From: a virus | Direction: 5' to 3' (one strand) | DNA length: 64,000 bases | Virus record (IMG/VR): IMGVR_UViG_3300025195_000002 | Shown here: piece by piece, positions 18,451 to 28,850 of the stretch | How the letters are laid out: each line of letters begins with the position of its first letter | Position numbering within the stretch: position 1 is the first letter of the stretch | The notes under the pieces: model-generated | The model's database searches: none | What the model was told of the DNA's origin: nothing | What the model saw: only the letters and a program-made list of their open reading frames with translations | Program-made: the position numbers and the translations under genes

Positions 18451-18481
18451 AGGTTGTTACAAAACATAGCGGGGTATGTAG

Positions 18482-19192
18482 ATGAGACGTTTGCTAACTA
18501 TCAGCTTTACACGTTCTAGTATCGAGACGCTGATAGAGCACTTAGAAGATAGAAAACGATGGGCTGAGGTGATTAAATCGATACTATTAGCGCAACGAGA
18601 TCAATGTTTTAGTGATGCTCTTAAGGAGGCTGATCCAGGCCATAGTGTCTATGATGATGTAGATATGGCGGTTAAGCACTACGTGAATGAAAACCTCAAT
18701 TACGTTTTCTTTAAACGATATAATCTCTTCTACAATACTTATATGAAAATCATTGACGTCATCATGGGGGTTTTTGATAAATTAGGTCTAAAACCCCAAC
18801 GGCGAAATAATTTTGATGTAAAGATCAATGTAGATCACCCTCACCATAGAGCCGATGATGAACTTTATCGAGGTGAAGCATCTTTTAACCAATTATCCAT
18901 TGAGAAAGGTGAGGATATTACTACGGGTAAGGTTTATTGGATTGTTAATCTAAGTCAATACGGTAGTCATCTTCAAGAGGTGTTGAAAGACACTAACAAT
19001 ATAGAAGATAGACTAGACTCCATGATTGTCATGTTAGATTTGTTTATAGAACACGCTATAAATGCAAAAGTTTTATTGGGTAAATCTAAAGAGGATCAAG
19101 AGATACACTTTCCTGTCGAACCGCTCAATCGATGTTTAAATGGTATAATAGAATTAAGAGATGAGTTAATTAAAGGAGGAGGTCACTCATGA
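18482..19192 (+). CDS. Hypothetical protein
   Basis: 236-aa ORF with GGGG RBS. Confidence 0.55.
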   Translation: MRRLLTISFTRSSIETLIEHLEDRKRWAEVIKSILLAQRDQCFSDALKEADPGHSVYDDVDMAVKHYVNENLNYVFFKRYNLFYNTYMKIIDVIMGVFDKLGLKPQRRNNFDVKINVDHPHHRADDELYRGEASFNQLSIEKGEDITTGKVYWIVNLSQYGSHLQEVLKDTNNIEDRLDSMIVMLDLFIEHAINAKVLLGKSKEDQEIHFPVEPLNRCLNGIIELRDELIKGGGHS

Positions 19193-19216
19193 CCTCCTCC
19201 TTATGACGATAAGGAT

Positions 19217-20431
19217 GTGGAGATGAAGCCCGTTAGACTATTACTTGACAAGGCTAGGTTGACCGATGGTCAAATTCAACAATTTGACGCTGTTAGAAAA
19301 CTGATAAAGAAAAGAACAGAGGCCTATATTGTAGACCAGCAGCTCGCCTCTAAAATTACTGCAGATACTAGCCCAACCATTAATGATATTATTCAAAGAC
19401 ACATCAAACTTCGACCAGAAACTAAGCCTAATCGTAAATTACTTGATGTGGAGCGGACACGCTACGATGCTAAAATTAAATCGATTGCTGAAAAAGAAGA
19501 GTGGCGCTTTAAAGCCAGTGAAATGTTTCACCGTGAACTCTATAAAACATTAGAGTTACAGTTGGTAGAGAAGACAGAGAAGGCCATTGGCTTAAATAGC
19601 ATTGAATTACTTGATGTTCTTTATCATCCTAATATTGATTATCGTAAATTAGCAGGTATAGTAGAACAAGACCCTTCTTTAATAGACGGCATTCTATCTT
19701 ACCATGCTAATGAAAAGGATAATAATAAAGTCCCTGCCAGCCAAAAAAGTATGAAGGCTATTTTAGGCCATTTAGGGGTCAGCGTATTAGACAATGTCAT
19801 CCCATTAATACTGGCACAGAATGCCGTAAACGTTACCGGTAATCTACGACGGTCGTCAATTGAAAACAAGTTAAAGCGTTTAATGTCTTATAATGTATTA
19901 ACTTTTGGTACGTTGCTGGAACATATGCCTAGGAATAATCCATATCAGCGCCTAGGTGGACTTATGGGGGTGTTAGAGCCACTTAGCTATGCTGTCGTAT
20001 ACCGATTATTTTGTCTCCATCAGGAGAGCGTTAAGGACCGTGTAATGAAGAAGTGGTACCAGCAATCTAACCACACGCTTTATAACGCGCTACAAGACAT
20101 TGACGTTAATTTCGATGTTTTACCTATTTGGTTTGATCAGTTACAATTAAAAGTCAAAGAAACGTTAATCAATTATCTAAAGTGGAATCATACAACACCT
20201 GCGAGGCGTGCTTTAGAAGAAAGCCATGAAAACATTGACTTACATGAGCGATCACAGTCAGGTATACTATATAACCACGCGTATCATTTCGCACAGTTTA
20301 AGTTCCTACTTGAAGGTAAGATGTTAAGTAAGAATCTCATCACCCCTTATTTTTATGGGAATTATATTTCTAATGAACTTAGTAGATCTATGTTAAGTTC
20401 TATCCAAACGTCGACAATGGAGCTTGTTTGA
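19217..20431 (+). CDS. HDOD-domain protein with long N-terminal extension (degenerate HDOD)
   Basis: 'IDYRKLAGIVEQDPSLIDGILSY..N' and 'SMKAILGHLG...L.NVIP' match the HDOD 'L..II..DP.L.A.IL..AN....I.S...AI..LG...L' pattern. Confidence 0.6.
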   Translation: MEMKPVRLLLDKARLTDGQIQQFDAVRKLIKKRTEAYIVDQQLASKITADTSPTINDIIQRHIKLRPETKPNRKLLDVERTRYDAKIKSIAEKEEWRFKASEMFHRELYKTLELQLVEKTEKAIGLNSIELLDVLYHPNIDYRKLAGIVEQDPSLIDGILSYHANEKDNNKVPASQKSMKAILGHLGVSVLDNVIPLILAQNAVNVTGNLRRSSIENKLKRLMSYNVLTFGTLLEHMPRNNPYQRLGGLMGVLEPLSYAVVYRLFCLHQESVKDRVMKKWYQQSNHTLYNALQDIDVNFDVLPIWFDQLQLKVKETLINYLKWNHTTPARRALEESHENIDLHERSQSGILYNHAYHFAQFKFLLEGKMLSKNLITPYFYGNYISNELSRSMLSSIQTSTMELV

Positions 20432-20432
20432 T

Positions 20433-21263
20433 ATGAAAAATAACGCGTTAACTTTATCTATACTTGATAAAATCAGCCACAATAAGCTAACGCTACCTAC
20501 ATTACCTGATATTGCATTGCGAGTTAAACAGACGGCAGAGGAAGATGATTCCACTATACTGGATGTAAGTAACGTCGTTGCAACGGACACCGCATTAACA
20601 ACTAGAATTATCCGCTATTCAAATAGCGCTTTAGTACGTGGTGTATCTCCCATTACAAACGTTCACGATGCCTGTAAACGGATTGGTTTGGTAAAGCTGA
20701 AAAACCTTGCAATCGGGATGGCGATGGAACAACTGTTTGACTCAAACAACAAGCAGATTCAAATTAAAATGCATGATATTTGGATGGATACCGTGACGAT
20801 GACATCGTGTGCGGTTGGCGCTTACTCGGTTTGTAATAAAAGTAAAGACCTGCGTGAAGAGACATTATTCCTTGCGTGTTTGGTCCACAACATCGGTATG
20901 TTAGCAATACTTAACGAAGCTGAAACAAACCCAGCTGAGTATGCAACAGAATCTTACCTTAAAGAGACTGCGGATAGATTAAACCCTATATTAGGTGGTC
21001 AGATCTTAAAGAGTTGGGAGTTTGATCAAGATGTCATCTATGCAGTAGAACGCTGGCGTCGTGGGGATGAGGGGTCTAATGTTAAACGGATTGGTTATGT
21101 TGACTACCTGCGCTTAGGTGCAGCACTCAACGGCTATTTCGGTGATAAACAAGACCGAATATTTAAACATTGTATTAATAAGAACATGTTTAAACACCCT
21201 ACCATACTAGAGTGTGACAAATACCATGAGATCTCACAGGCTGTTTTAGCAAGTTTCTTGTAA
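20433..21263 (+). CDS. HDOD-domain signal-transduction protein
   Basis: LPTLPDIALRV, DTALTTRIIRYSNSAL, ITNVHDACKRIGL, LACLVHNIGMLAIL, GGQILKSWEF. Start at ATG 20433 (GGAG RBS). Confidence 0.9.
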   Translation: MKNNALTLSILDKISHNKLTLPTLPDIALRVKQTAEEDDSTILDVSNVVATDTALTTRIIRYSNSALVRGVSPITNVHDACKRIGLVKLKNLAIGMAMEQLFDSNNKQIQIKMHDIWMDTVTMTSCAVGAYSVCNKSKDLREETLFLACLVHNIGMLAILNEAETNPAEYATESYLKETADRLNPILGGQILKSWEFDQDVIYAVERWRRGDEGSNVKRIGYVDYLRLGAALNGYFGDKQDRIFKHCINKNMFKHPTILECDKYHEISQAVLASFL

Positions 21264-21317
21264 CGGCATAAGCTAACCACCCGGCCTCACGGCTAGGTGG
21301 TTAGGCTTTTATGCGGC
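21263..21317. terminator. Bidirectional hairpin between convergent HDOD and helicase genes
   Basis: ACGGCATA (minus-strand TATGCCGT), then CTAACCACCCGGCC-TCAC-GGCTAGGTGGTTAG, then TTTTATGCGG. Confidence 0.7.
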
Positions 21318-22868
21318 ACTGGTCTTTTTCATATCCCACCATGGTGTCTCATCGGCACCAGGCTGACTATTTACACCACCCCCTACAGAGCGCCTTGATA
21401 AATCAGAACCATGTATATCGTCCGGAATGTCACCTATTGACTCAAATCGATACACGCAGAAAAGATCTCTATCTGGAGTAATCTTACCTGACTTACGATG
21501 TTTACCACGCATCATCGTAAGATAGCTATGTCCATCGCCCGGTTTTTCAATGTGGATAGTGATTTCTAAATCAGGTTCTTGGTCGATACCTTTAGCAGAA
21601 TCATAATAACCTTTATTGGCGACTTCTTTAACAAAGTCAGAACTTCCCATCCTTACTAACTGTTTGGCATCTGAACTTAACTGATGCGCTGTCAAGAAAG
21701 TAATGGCTTTAGGGTTACAATAGTTACGGACGCGTCTAAATAATTCACGTATACGGAACGCTTCGTTAGTCCCACTGTTACAACCTTGTTTACTCATCAT
21801 GTTAAGGTAATCTACTGATACCAGATGTATCTCATAACCTTCGGCCTGATATCTATCTAGTAATTCAAATAGATCACGGTAGGTGAAGTCAGTCGGATCG
21901 AAACGTAAGAACTTGAAGTGGTAGCCATTCTTACCCAAACGTTCTTTAAGATAAGCAGCTGCTTCTTGGATGTTAACATTTGATACGTCACATTCTTGCT
22001 TAGTCTCATTTTCCTTAAGATTCTTATAGAGAATCAGGATGTTATCTTCTATCTTGTTTTCTAACGAGATGTAGATGATGAGTGGTTTCTTCCTGGGGTC
22101 CAACATATAGGGTTTGTTATATAACGCTACGTGTTTAGGTATATTTAATAACATACCTGATTTAAAGTTGTGTTGAAGTGCACCGATAAGGACAAAGTCA
22201 CCTCGACGTATCCCATTATGGTCGCCTGTCATTCTATTGACACCTTGCCAACCTAACTTCATTATCCCTTCCGTTGAATTAGATTCATTGCCGTCTTTCA
22301 TGACCTTTTCAAGATCATCTATATTGTCGATATCTAACTCAGTTACTAGACCCTGTGCATTTTCAATCATCATGGTAGTGTAGGGCTCTAGCTTATCACA
22401 GAGATCCGCTGCAAACGTCTTCCAGTCCACAGACTCTTCATTAAAGTGAACGTCTTGCGATGCTTGCTTAATAATATTCTTAATTTTATTTCGTGATATA
22501 AACTGACGCAGGGTTCTTATATGGTCGTAGCAGATCTGCTGAATGCGTTCTTCTGACTCTACCTCTACCATACCTAGTTCAACGGCCTGGAATAGAGACT
22601 CGTCGTCTGTGATATTAACACGCAGGCGTTGAATAATGGTGTCTCTATCGTGTTGGTAACCATCAGGCTCTTCTAGCATATAGAGCAGTGTATCTCGCAG
22701 TGCAACCAGTGTGTCTTTGGAAGAGCCAGATACCGCACTATTAAATGTAGGTTTAAGTGCCTCGATAACGTCTTTAATAATAGGGGCTGACTGACCCGTA
22801 TTTTCCTTTAACTGCCCTTCTCGATAAAGTAACATTATCGACTTAACAAGCAATAGTTTTGAGTCCAT
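21309..22868 (-). CDS. dnaB: DnaB-like replicative helicase (phiKZ gp118-like)
   Basis: 'GIRRGDFVLIGALQHNFKSG' variant Walker A, YISLEN, VDYL, LTAHQLS, 'RGKHR' Arg finger; lies just upstream of the capsid gene as in phiKZ. Confidence 0.85.
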   Translation of the reverse strand: MDSKLLLVKSIMLLYREGQLKENTGQSAPIIKDVIEALKPTFNSAVSGSSKDTLVALRDTLLYMLEEPDGYQHDRDTIIQRLRVNITDDESLFQAVELGMVEVESEERIQQICYDHIRTLRQFISRNKIKNIIKQASQDVHFNEESVDWKTFAADLCDKLEPYTTMMIENAQGLVTELDIDNIDDLEKVMKDGNESNSTEGIMKLGWQGVNRMTGDHNGIRRGDFVLIGALQHNFKSGMLLNIPKHVALYNKPYMLDPRKKPLIIYISLENKIEDNILILYKNLKENETKQECDVSNVNIQEAAAYLKERLGKNGYHFKFLRFDPTDFTYRDLFELLDRYQAEGYEIHLVSVDYLNMMSKQGCNSGTNEAFRIRELFRRVRNYCNPKAITFLTAHQLSSDAKQLVRMGSSDFVKEVANKGYYDSAKGIDQEPDLEITIHIEKPGDGHSYLTMMRGKHRKSGKITPDRDLFCVYRFESIGDIPDDIHGSDLSRRSVGGGVNSQPGADETPWWDMKKTSAA

Positions 22869-22920
22869 GAGGTTTCCTATTGTATAGATGAATCACCTGC
22901 AATCACTGTAAAGGCCCACT

Positions 22921-23454
22921 ATGAATTATGTCATTGTTCCCTATTGGCTAAAACAAATATTAGCGCGTCTGGGCGAGCCTCTCACCAGCGTGCTGGATAT
23001 TGAGAAATTGTCGTCTATACTATCACCAGAAGATGTTTTGTTATACCAAGCTTGCTGTTATAATACGATGATCCAACTCGGTTCTCAACAAACACCGTGG
23101 CTGAATGCATTGGCGCAAAGTTATCCACATGTTCGCATTAAAGGTATGCCTGACGGTCCTGAAGATGCAGTGCTTGTTAAACTTAAACAACATGAATCCT
23201 CTGAAGGTCAGAAACAAATTTTGCTCTATGGGCAAACTTTAGGTAGTGTAGATAAGTGTATCTCTATGACACCTTGTCTAATCGGCACGGATACTATAGG
23301 TTTGTGCATCGAACCTAGCGAAGAACCTGTAGTGGTTGTAGATTTATATGAGGAACTATTCAATATTCTTCAGATACGCTACAATCATGGCGACATACTA
23401 AAAACGCCACTGTATACCAGCTACGTTGCGATGCAACTGCGCGGCGCAGCGTAG
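22921..23454 (+). CDS. phiKZ-like hypothetical protein
   Basis: 177 aa between helicase and capsid; conserved position. Confidence 0.55.
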   Translation: MNYVIVPYWLKQILARLGEPLTSVLDIEKLSSILSPEDVLLYQACCYNTMIQLGSQQTPWLNALAQSYPHVRIKGMPDGPEDAVLVKLKQHESSEGQKQILLYGQTLGSVDKCISMTPCLIGTDTIGLCIEPSEEPVVVVDLYEELFNILQIRYNHGDILKTPLYTSYVAMQLRGAA

Positions 23455-23553
23455 TCATCCGCATTTTTAACCTGTAGAAGTAGACGTGCCTCGTACACCT
23501 TATGAGACACTAGCTTCTTAATAATCCACGTTAATGAAAGGAAAGGTACGATA

Positions 23554-25716
23554 ATGTCCTTATTAAGCATCAAGAAAAAGGCAACCGGTTTAGGTGCCGC
23601 TAAAATGAGCATCCACACGCTTCTGCAGGAACAGGGTGCTGAAATGTCTAACCAGTCTATTGCCAACAACCTGGTATCTCTGGAATCATTGGACGATCAC
23701 GCTCGCTCTGATCTGGAAACGTCTTTTGAACATTGTTCAAATGAACTGAAGACTATCCTGTCTGAAACCATGGGTGAAGGGTTTGAGGTAAGTGACATCG
23801 GTCTGGAAGCCGCTGCCATCACTACTTTGGCAATCGGTAACCCAGCTGCGTACATGCAGTCTGCAACTCGCATTGGTATTGAGGGTATGATTGAATTACC
23901 TTCTTACGGTACTGCCGGTTCAATGGACTATCGTCTGTCTCCGTCAAATGAAGCATTCGACGAAGCTGAACTGCGTAAATTTGCTCCACACTCAATTGTA
24001 TTCAACGCCCTGGCCGCTGTGCAGGACCCGTTTGCTGAAGCATTCTTCCCGACGTACGTTATGTCGCCTGACAATGCTGGCGCTGAAGTATCTGTTCAAC
24101 GTACCATGGTTTTCAATGAAGTTAGCCGTAGCCCTACTGGTCAAGTTACTAACTTCAATAAAGTTAACCTGGTTGAAGCTGTTCAGGATGCCAAAGTCCT
24201 TGAAAACCAAACTACTGCATTGGTTCCAGTTTACCTGGCCGATGACAGCCGCGCTGAATACTTTGTTGACACTGACGTCCTTGCCCCTGTTGATACTAAA
24301 GTTGATGGCGACGAGTTCCAAACTTCTGCACTGCGCATCGATGCACAAATGGACCTGGTTGCAATGGCAACTTCTCCAAACCGCATCAACGCTCAGATCG
24401 ACAGCACTGACTCAATCGACGGTCGTGTTGAACTGAAAACTGTTTACGTTCGTGTACGTGATGCAGCCAACCTGGCTGATCCTGCTACTGGTAACGACGA
24501 AGTATTATCTATCAGCGTTAAAGGTCTGCCACGCACTACCTTCCAGCCGTCTGCTGAAGGCGATAGCCGTGAGATGACTCTTACTTTTGCTAACAACGCT
24601 CTGTTGTTAAGCGATGCGACCAAAGCTGTTGATGGTTCTGCTGCTGACGCGCTGTCTGGTCTGTCTGGTTACACTGCATCTGTTGATATTAAACTGAATG
24701 GTACTATCAACGTTGAAACCGGTGCTCTTGAACTGAACGCGTCTCCAATGCGTGTTAATGGTCTGGTTGATGCAAGCGGTACAAATATCGCTACTGCAAC
24801 TGGTGCTGGTAAGACAGCAATTGATAGCTTCTCTATGGAAGTTATCGGCTACAGCCTGGATGCTCGCCTGACTAATGCGAACCGTCGTACTCGTGGTATC
24901 CTGATCGATCGTACTGAAGTTAAAGAGCGTTACACTGTACCACTGGGTGCACCAATCTCTGCACCTCAGCCAATTCATGGTTCAAGTGACAGCGCTTCTG
25001 ATCTTCGCGCTCTGGTAACTACTGCACGTACTCGTACGTCTAACAACGCTGTGACCACGCTGCTTAACTATGTTGACAGCCTGAAATCAACTGTTGCTGT
25101 TGCCGCTGCGACGGGTGTTACTCCACAAGTACAAGGTATTGGCCGTCTTCTGGTTAAGCCTTACTTCCAGGAAGAAACTATCGATGCAGTTCAGGTAATC
25201 AACTCTACCAAGTCACACGAGAAAGCACAAGACTTCTCTGCGGTATTGGTTGATGCAATCCGTCAAATTGCTTACAAGATGATGGATCGTTCAAACTACG
25301 CTGCAGCGTTGGAAATGGAAACCGGCGGTGCCAACATTAAGCCTAAGTTGATCATCGGTACAGATAACGTTATCGCTCAGCACATCATGGTTTCTGGTGA
25401 TGATCGCACTGCAAGCATCGGCATGGACTTTGAAGTTGTATCTTCACCTGACTCTCGTATGAGTGGTAAGATCGTTCTTGGTTTCGGTCGCGGTGCAAGC
25501 GGTAAGCCTGACGCACTTGGTTTTGGTACTCACTTCTACATGCCTGAGCTTACTAGCACAGCGCAAGTATCACGTGACAATGCTACTACCAAAGAAACTC
25601 AGGTACAGCCTCGTGATCTTCACGTTCCTCATCTGCCAGTATTGGCTGTGATCAACGTTGAGAACATCGACCAGGTCTTCACCGATTACATTAAAGGTGT
25701 TCCTGCACGTAGCTAA
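23554..25716 (+). CDS. Major capsid protein (phiKZ gp120-like)
   Basis: 720 aa; propeptide with SLE/GLE/SNE cleavage motifs; 'QDPFAEAFFPT', 'N.N.R.RG.L.D', 'TKETQVQPR.LH.PHLPVL'; strongly biased codon usage. Confidence 0.9.
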   Translation: MSLLSIKKKATGLGAAKMSIHTLLQEQGAEMSNQSIANNLVSLESLDDHARSDLETSFEHCSNELKTILSETMGEGFEVSDIGLEAAAITTLAIGNPAAYMQSATRIGIEGMIELPSYGTAGSMDYRLSPSNEAFDEAELRKFAPHSIVFNALAAVQDPFAEAFFPTYVMSPDNAGAEVSVQRTMVFNEVSRSPTGQVTNFNKVNLVEAVQDAKVLENQTTALVPVYLADDSRAEYFVDTDVLAPVDTKVDGDEFQTSALRIDAQMDLVAMATSPNRINAQIDSTDSIDGRVELKTVYVRVRDAANLADPATGNDEVLSISVKGLPRTTFQPSAEGDSREMTLTFANNALLLSDATKAVDGSAADALSGLSGYTASVDIKLNGTINVETGALELNASPMRVNGLVDASGTNIATATGAGKTAIDSFSMEVIGYSLDARLTNANRRTRGILIDRTEVKERYTVPLGAPISAPQPIHGSSDSASDLRALVTTARTRTSNNAVTTLLNYVDSLKSTVAVAAATGVTPQVQGIGRLLVKPYFQEETIDAVQVINSTKSHEKAQDFSAVLVDAIRQIAYKMMDRSNYAAALEMETGGANIKPKLIIGTDNVIAQHIMVSGDDRTASIGMDFEVVSSPDSRMSGKIVLGFGRGASGKPDALGFGTHFYMPELTSTAQVSRDNATTKETQVQPRDLHVPHLPVLAVINVENIDQVFTDYIKGVPARS

Positions 25717-25839
25717 GCTACACCGGGGAGGGTAACCTCCCCACCGTTTCATTAACAATCTGGTTAAGATGCGTTAGCGTGTCGACAAGAAAAAAGAAGT
25801 ACGGCATAAACTGCCGATAAAGCCACGGACGTGGTAAAG

Positions 25840-25885
25840 TAGAACCCAGGGCATTTAGTCCTGGGTTCTATGCCGTCTATGCCGT
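25840..25885 (+). terminator. Hairpin followed by two tandem TATGCCGT
   Basis: TAGAACCCAGG-GCATTTAGT-CCTGGGTTCTA; TATGCCGT at 25869 and 25878; reverse-strand copy at 25801-25808. Confidence 0.65.
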
Positions 25886-25900
25886 CTCTAGGTTTTTTCA

Positions 25901-25913
25901 CACCTACATTACT
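25901..25913 (+). promoter_or_regulatory. Early-promoter-like motif CACCTACATTACT
   Basis: Identical to 8448-8460; 50 nt upstream of the 25964 start. Confidence 0.55.
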
Positions 25914-25963
25914 ATATTGATTCAAGTGCTAAGACCTTATCAGGATTTAACAAGAGAACGCCA

Positions 25964-27091
25964 ATGGACAACTCGCCAACAAAGGGGCATTTTACACGTG
26001 TAAGAACAATTGAAGGTTATCGAGAAAGTAGTTACAGTGCGCCGCGCCTAGCTGGACTTCGTATAACACAAAGCTACTATAACTACACGGGTGAACTCCT
26101 CTATTTCGCACACCGTAACAACATGATAATTCCACTTGCTATGGAGGACAAACATCTTAATATACCTAAAAGCCATACCGGTAAATTAATTATTGAACAA
26201 CAGTTTGTGGTTGCCTATAACCGTGTTGATGATTTTATCAATCAGCTTATGTTAGATGTCGAGCGGGATAACGACAAAGACCACATTGAACAACACTGTG
26301 CCTTAGAGGCCATTACTACAGGAGAACAAATAGAGAAGAGTCGGTCAGGACTTATCTTCACCCTACGTTACATTGTAGGTGGTAAACACATCGAACGCTT
26401 TAGTCAGGGGATATACTTAACCAATCTAGACATTTCAATTGGTTACAGTAAAGAGAATCTCATCCATCCCTATTCAGCGAAAGATGCACAGACTATTTTC
26501 AATCGCTATCGTAAAGATTCATTTGAATTAAAACAAAGTAATTTTACCGTCACACTCGTTGATAACGCTAAACGTTTCAATACGCTATATATCAATATCA
26601 ACGGGGATGCAATGGAAGTTACTCCAACAGAATCAGCACGGTTAGAAGACGGTGTTTGGATAACACGCAGTTCACATACCAGCGGTAAAGTTAAAGATGC
26701 AGATGCTGTTTTTGTAGGAGGTCCTAACACAATTAGGTTCGATACACTAGAGTGTCTAGACACTGATAATTACGATACCCCAATGCTGTATTATAGCCCA
26801 CAAGAATGCATCACTTATGGGAATGAGATAAAGTTATTGGAAAAGAAATACCAGTTGGAGAAAATTAAATTAGAGGCTGAGGCACGTGAAAGGGAAGAGA
26901 AGATCAAACAACAAGAAGATGCCCGTAGGGAACGGGATCATCAACGAAAGATGGACGAGATGGAAAGAAAAGCTAGGGTAGATCGTGTTAAGGATGAACG
27001 TAGTGTAGGAGTAGAAATTCTAAAAATAGGCGGCGCGTTAGTAACTGGTATTGGTATTGCATTGGCGGCAGTAGCAAAAATGCGCGATTAA
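25964..27091 (+). CDS. phiKZ-like conserved hypothetical protein
   Basis: 375 aa with C-terminal charged coiled coil and a hydrophobic tail helix; syntenic between capsid and nvRNAP genes. Confidence 0.6.
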   Translation: MDNSPTKGHFTRVRTIEGYRESSYSAPRLAGLRITQSYYNYTGELLYFAHRNNMIIPLAMEDKHLNIPKSHTGKLIIEQQFVVAYNRVDDFINQLMLDVERDNDKDHIEQHCALEAITTGEQIEKSRSGLIFTLRYIVGGKHIERFSQGIYLTNLDISIGYSKENLIHPYSAKDAQTIFNRYRKDSFELKQSNFTVTLVDNAKRFNTLYININGDAMEVTPTESARLEDGVWITRSSHTSGKVKDADAVFVGGPNTIRFDTLECLDTDNYDTPMLYYSPQECITYGNEIKLLEKKYQLEKIKLEAEAREREEKIKQQEDARRERDHQRKMDEMERKARVDRVKDERSVGVEILKIGGALVTGIGIALAAVAKMRD

Positions 27092-27186
27092 TGTCTTATT
27101 TTACAGAGACCACTTACATTATGTCGATGCTTTAAAGTAAGCATCGTTATGTCCGAGAGACGACATAACTGATCGGAGGATGGTAG

Positions 27187-28803
27187 ATGGATCAATATTT
27201 GTTTAAACACATACATGAAAAAAGCGTACCTAAATTCAATCCTTTGTTGGCGAAGGGTTTGGTGGTGGAACAAATGCGCGGCGTCGAGGAATATATCGAC
27301 CTTGTATGGAAGTGTGCAGCGAAAAGCTTTCCTGAGGGCTTTACGTATGACGGGGAATATAAACGTGCGACTCCAGAACAACAATATGCTTACATGACAC
27401 GTAAGCGTTCATCGCGGGCTGAGTTTAACTTAGCACCTAGCGACTTCTATGCGGTACAGTATAACTTTAGCTTTAAAGGTCAGAAACTCTACCCTCGACT
27501 CATGCAACTTCCTTACGTTGGACCAGGTGGCGTGATACGGGTTAATGGTTCTAAGTATGTTATCAATCCTGTCATGGTTGATAATCTGTTCTCGGTTGAC
27601 GATGGTAAACTGTTTGTTGCGTTGACACGTGATAAGCTTACCTTTGAACGGTTGACTCACAACCTTGTTATCGATGGAGAGAAAACCACACTTAGTATTC
27701 CATGGAGTACGATCTACCACCTTAGACAAAAGGATAAGACGTCTAAGATTATTTACATGCACGGACTTCGTCTTAACATGGTAAGTACTTTAGGTCATTA
27801 CTTATTCTGTCGATTTGGTGTAACTGAAACATTTAAGCGTTACTGCAACATGGATATAGTGGTAGGTGATAGACATTCTATCACAGAAAAGACTCATCCT
27901 CAAAATGAATGGTTCTTTGCGGATAGTCTCCATCTCAGACCTATTACGGTGAAGGGTAAGGGGTATGTTCCTACTCAAATCCGCATTGCCTGTAAACGCA
28001 GTCAGCGTAGTCAGTTATCGGATAACCTGCTAGCATCGTTCTTTTACTTAGCAGATCATTTCACCCAACGTATTAAACCAGAGTTTATTGACAATACAAG
28101 ACTCTGGCGTGTATTGATGGGACACGTGATCTTTAAGAGTAAAGTAAACGAAGGGCGTTTGCTTGAAGACATTGATGCACATCTAGTTAGTTTAGATTAT
28201 TACATCGATGGTCTAGTGCAAATGGACCTGGAACGCGAGGGGATTGACTGTAAAGATATTTATTCGCTAATGGCGTATATTATTGAAACCATGAACGAAA
28301 CAATCATCTCTACCGACGTATCTAACTTATATGGTAAGAAGCTAACAACATTGAGATATATATTACTAGATGTGATAAAGGCTATCTTCAATTTTACCTT
28401 TAAGTTGAATTCTAATAAGAATAAGGTATTAACGGTACGTGACATTGAAAATTTAATGGACAAGTATTTAAAGTTTGATACTATCCGCAAGATTAATACC
28501 GGACATGGTGAAGTCAGTTCTCTTTCTAATGCAGGCGATAGTCTGATGTTTAAGATGACTAACAAAGTGGTTCCTCAGACCGATGCGACTGGCTCTCGTA
28601 ACGGTACGAAAACCAAACCTTCTAGATTACTCCATGCTTCTCTGGCTGAAGTATGTAGTTATGGTAACCAGCCTAGTTCCTGTCCTACAGGCCATGGTCA
28701 AATTAACCCGTATCTCAATGTCACCCCTGAAGGTGAAATGATACCTAATCCAAGATTTGCTGATCTAATAGAAAGCGTACAGGCTCGAATTGCTAGAACG
28801 TAA
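27187..28803 (+). CDS. Non-virion RNA polymerase beta-like subunit, N-terminal part (phiKZ gp123-like)
   Basis: 'PKFNPLLAKG', 'LPYVGPGG..R.NGSKY.I.PV..D', 'RDKLTFER', 'SRLLHASLAEVCS', 'P.G...INP'; position after the capsid gene. Confidence 0.85.
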   Translation: MDQYLFKHIHEKSVPKFNPLLAKGLVVEQMRGVEEYIDLVWKCAAKSFPEGFTYDGEYKRATPEQQYAYMTRKRSSRAEFNLAPSDFYAVQYNFSFKGQKLYPRLMQLPYVGPGGVIRVNGSKYVINPVMVDNLFSVDDGKLFVALTRDKLTFERLTHNLVIDGEKTTLSIPWSTIYHLRQKDKTSKIIYMHGLRLNMVSTLGHYLFCRFGVTETFKRYCNMDIVVGDRHSITEKTHPQNEWFFADSLHLRPITVKGKGYVPTQIRIACKRSQRSQLSDNLLASFFYLADHFTQRIKPEFIDNTRLWRVLMGHVIFKSKVNEGRLLEDIDAHLVSLDYYIDGLVQMDLEREGIDCKDIYSLMAYIIETMNETIISTDVSNLYGKKLTTLRYILLDVIKAIFNFTFKLNSNKNKVLTVRDIENLMDKYLKFDTIRKINTGHGEVSSLSNAGDSLMFKMTNKVVPQTDATGSRNGTKTKPSRLLHASLAEVCSYGNQPSSCPTGHGQINPYLNVTPEGEMIPNPRFADLIESVQARIART

Positions 28804-28850
28804 CTATTATATTTCAAATACACTACTGACAATAAACAACGAGGTCTCTT

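Noticed and set aside
23500-23503. TATG late-promoter cores upstream of capsid and other late genes (also 3483, 63494)
   Set aside because: A 4-mer is too frequent to call without TSS data, so these were not listed as features.
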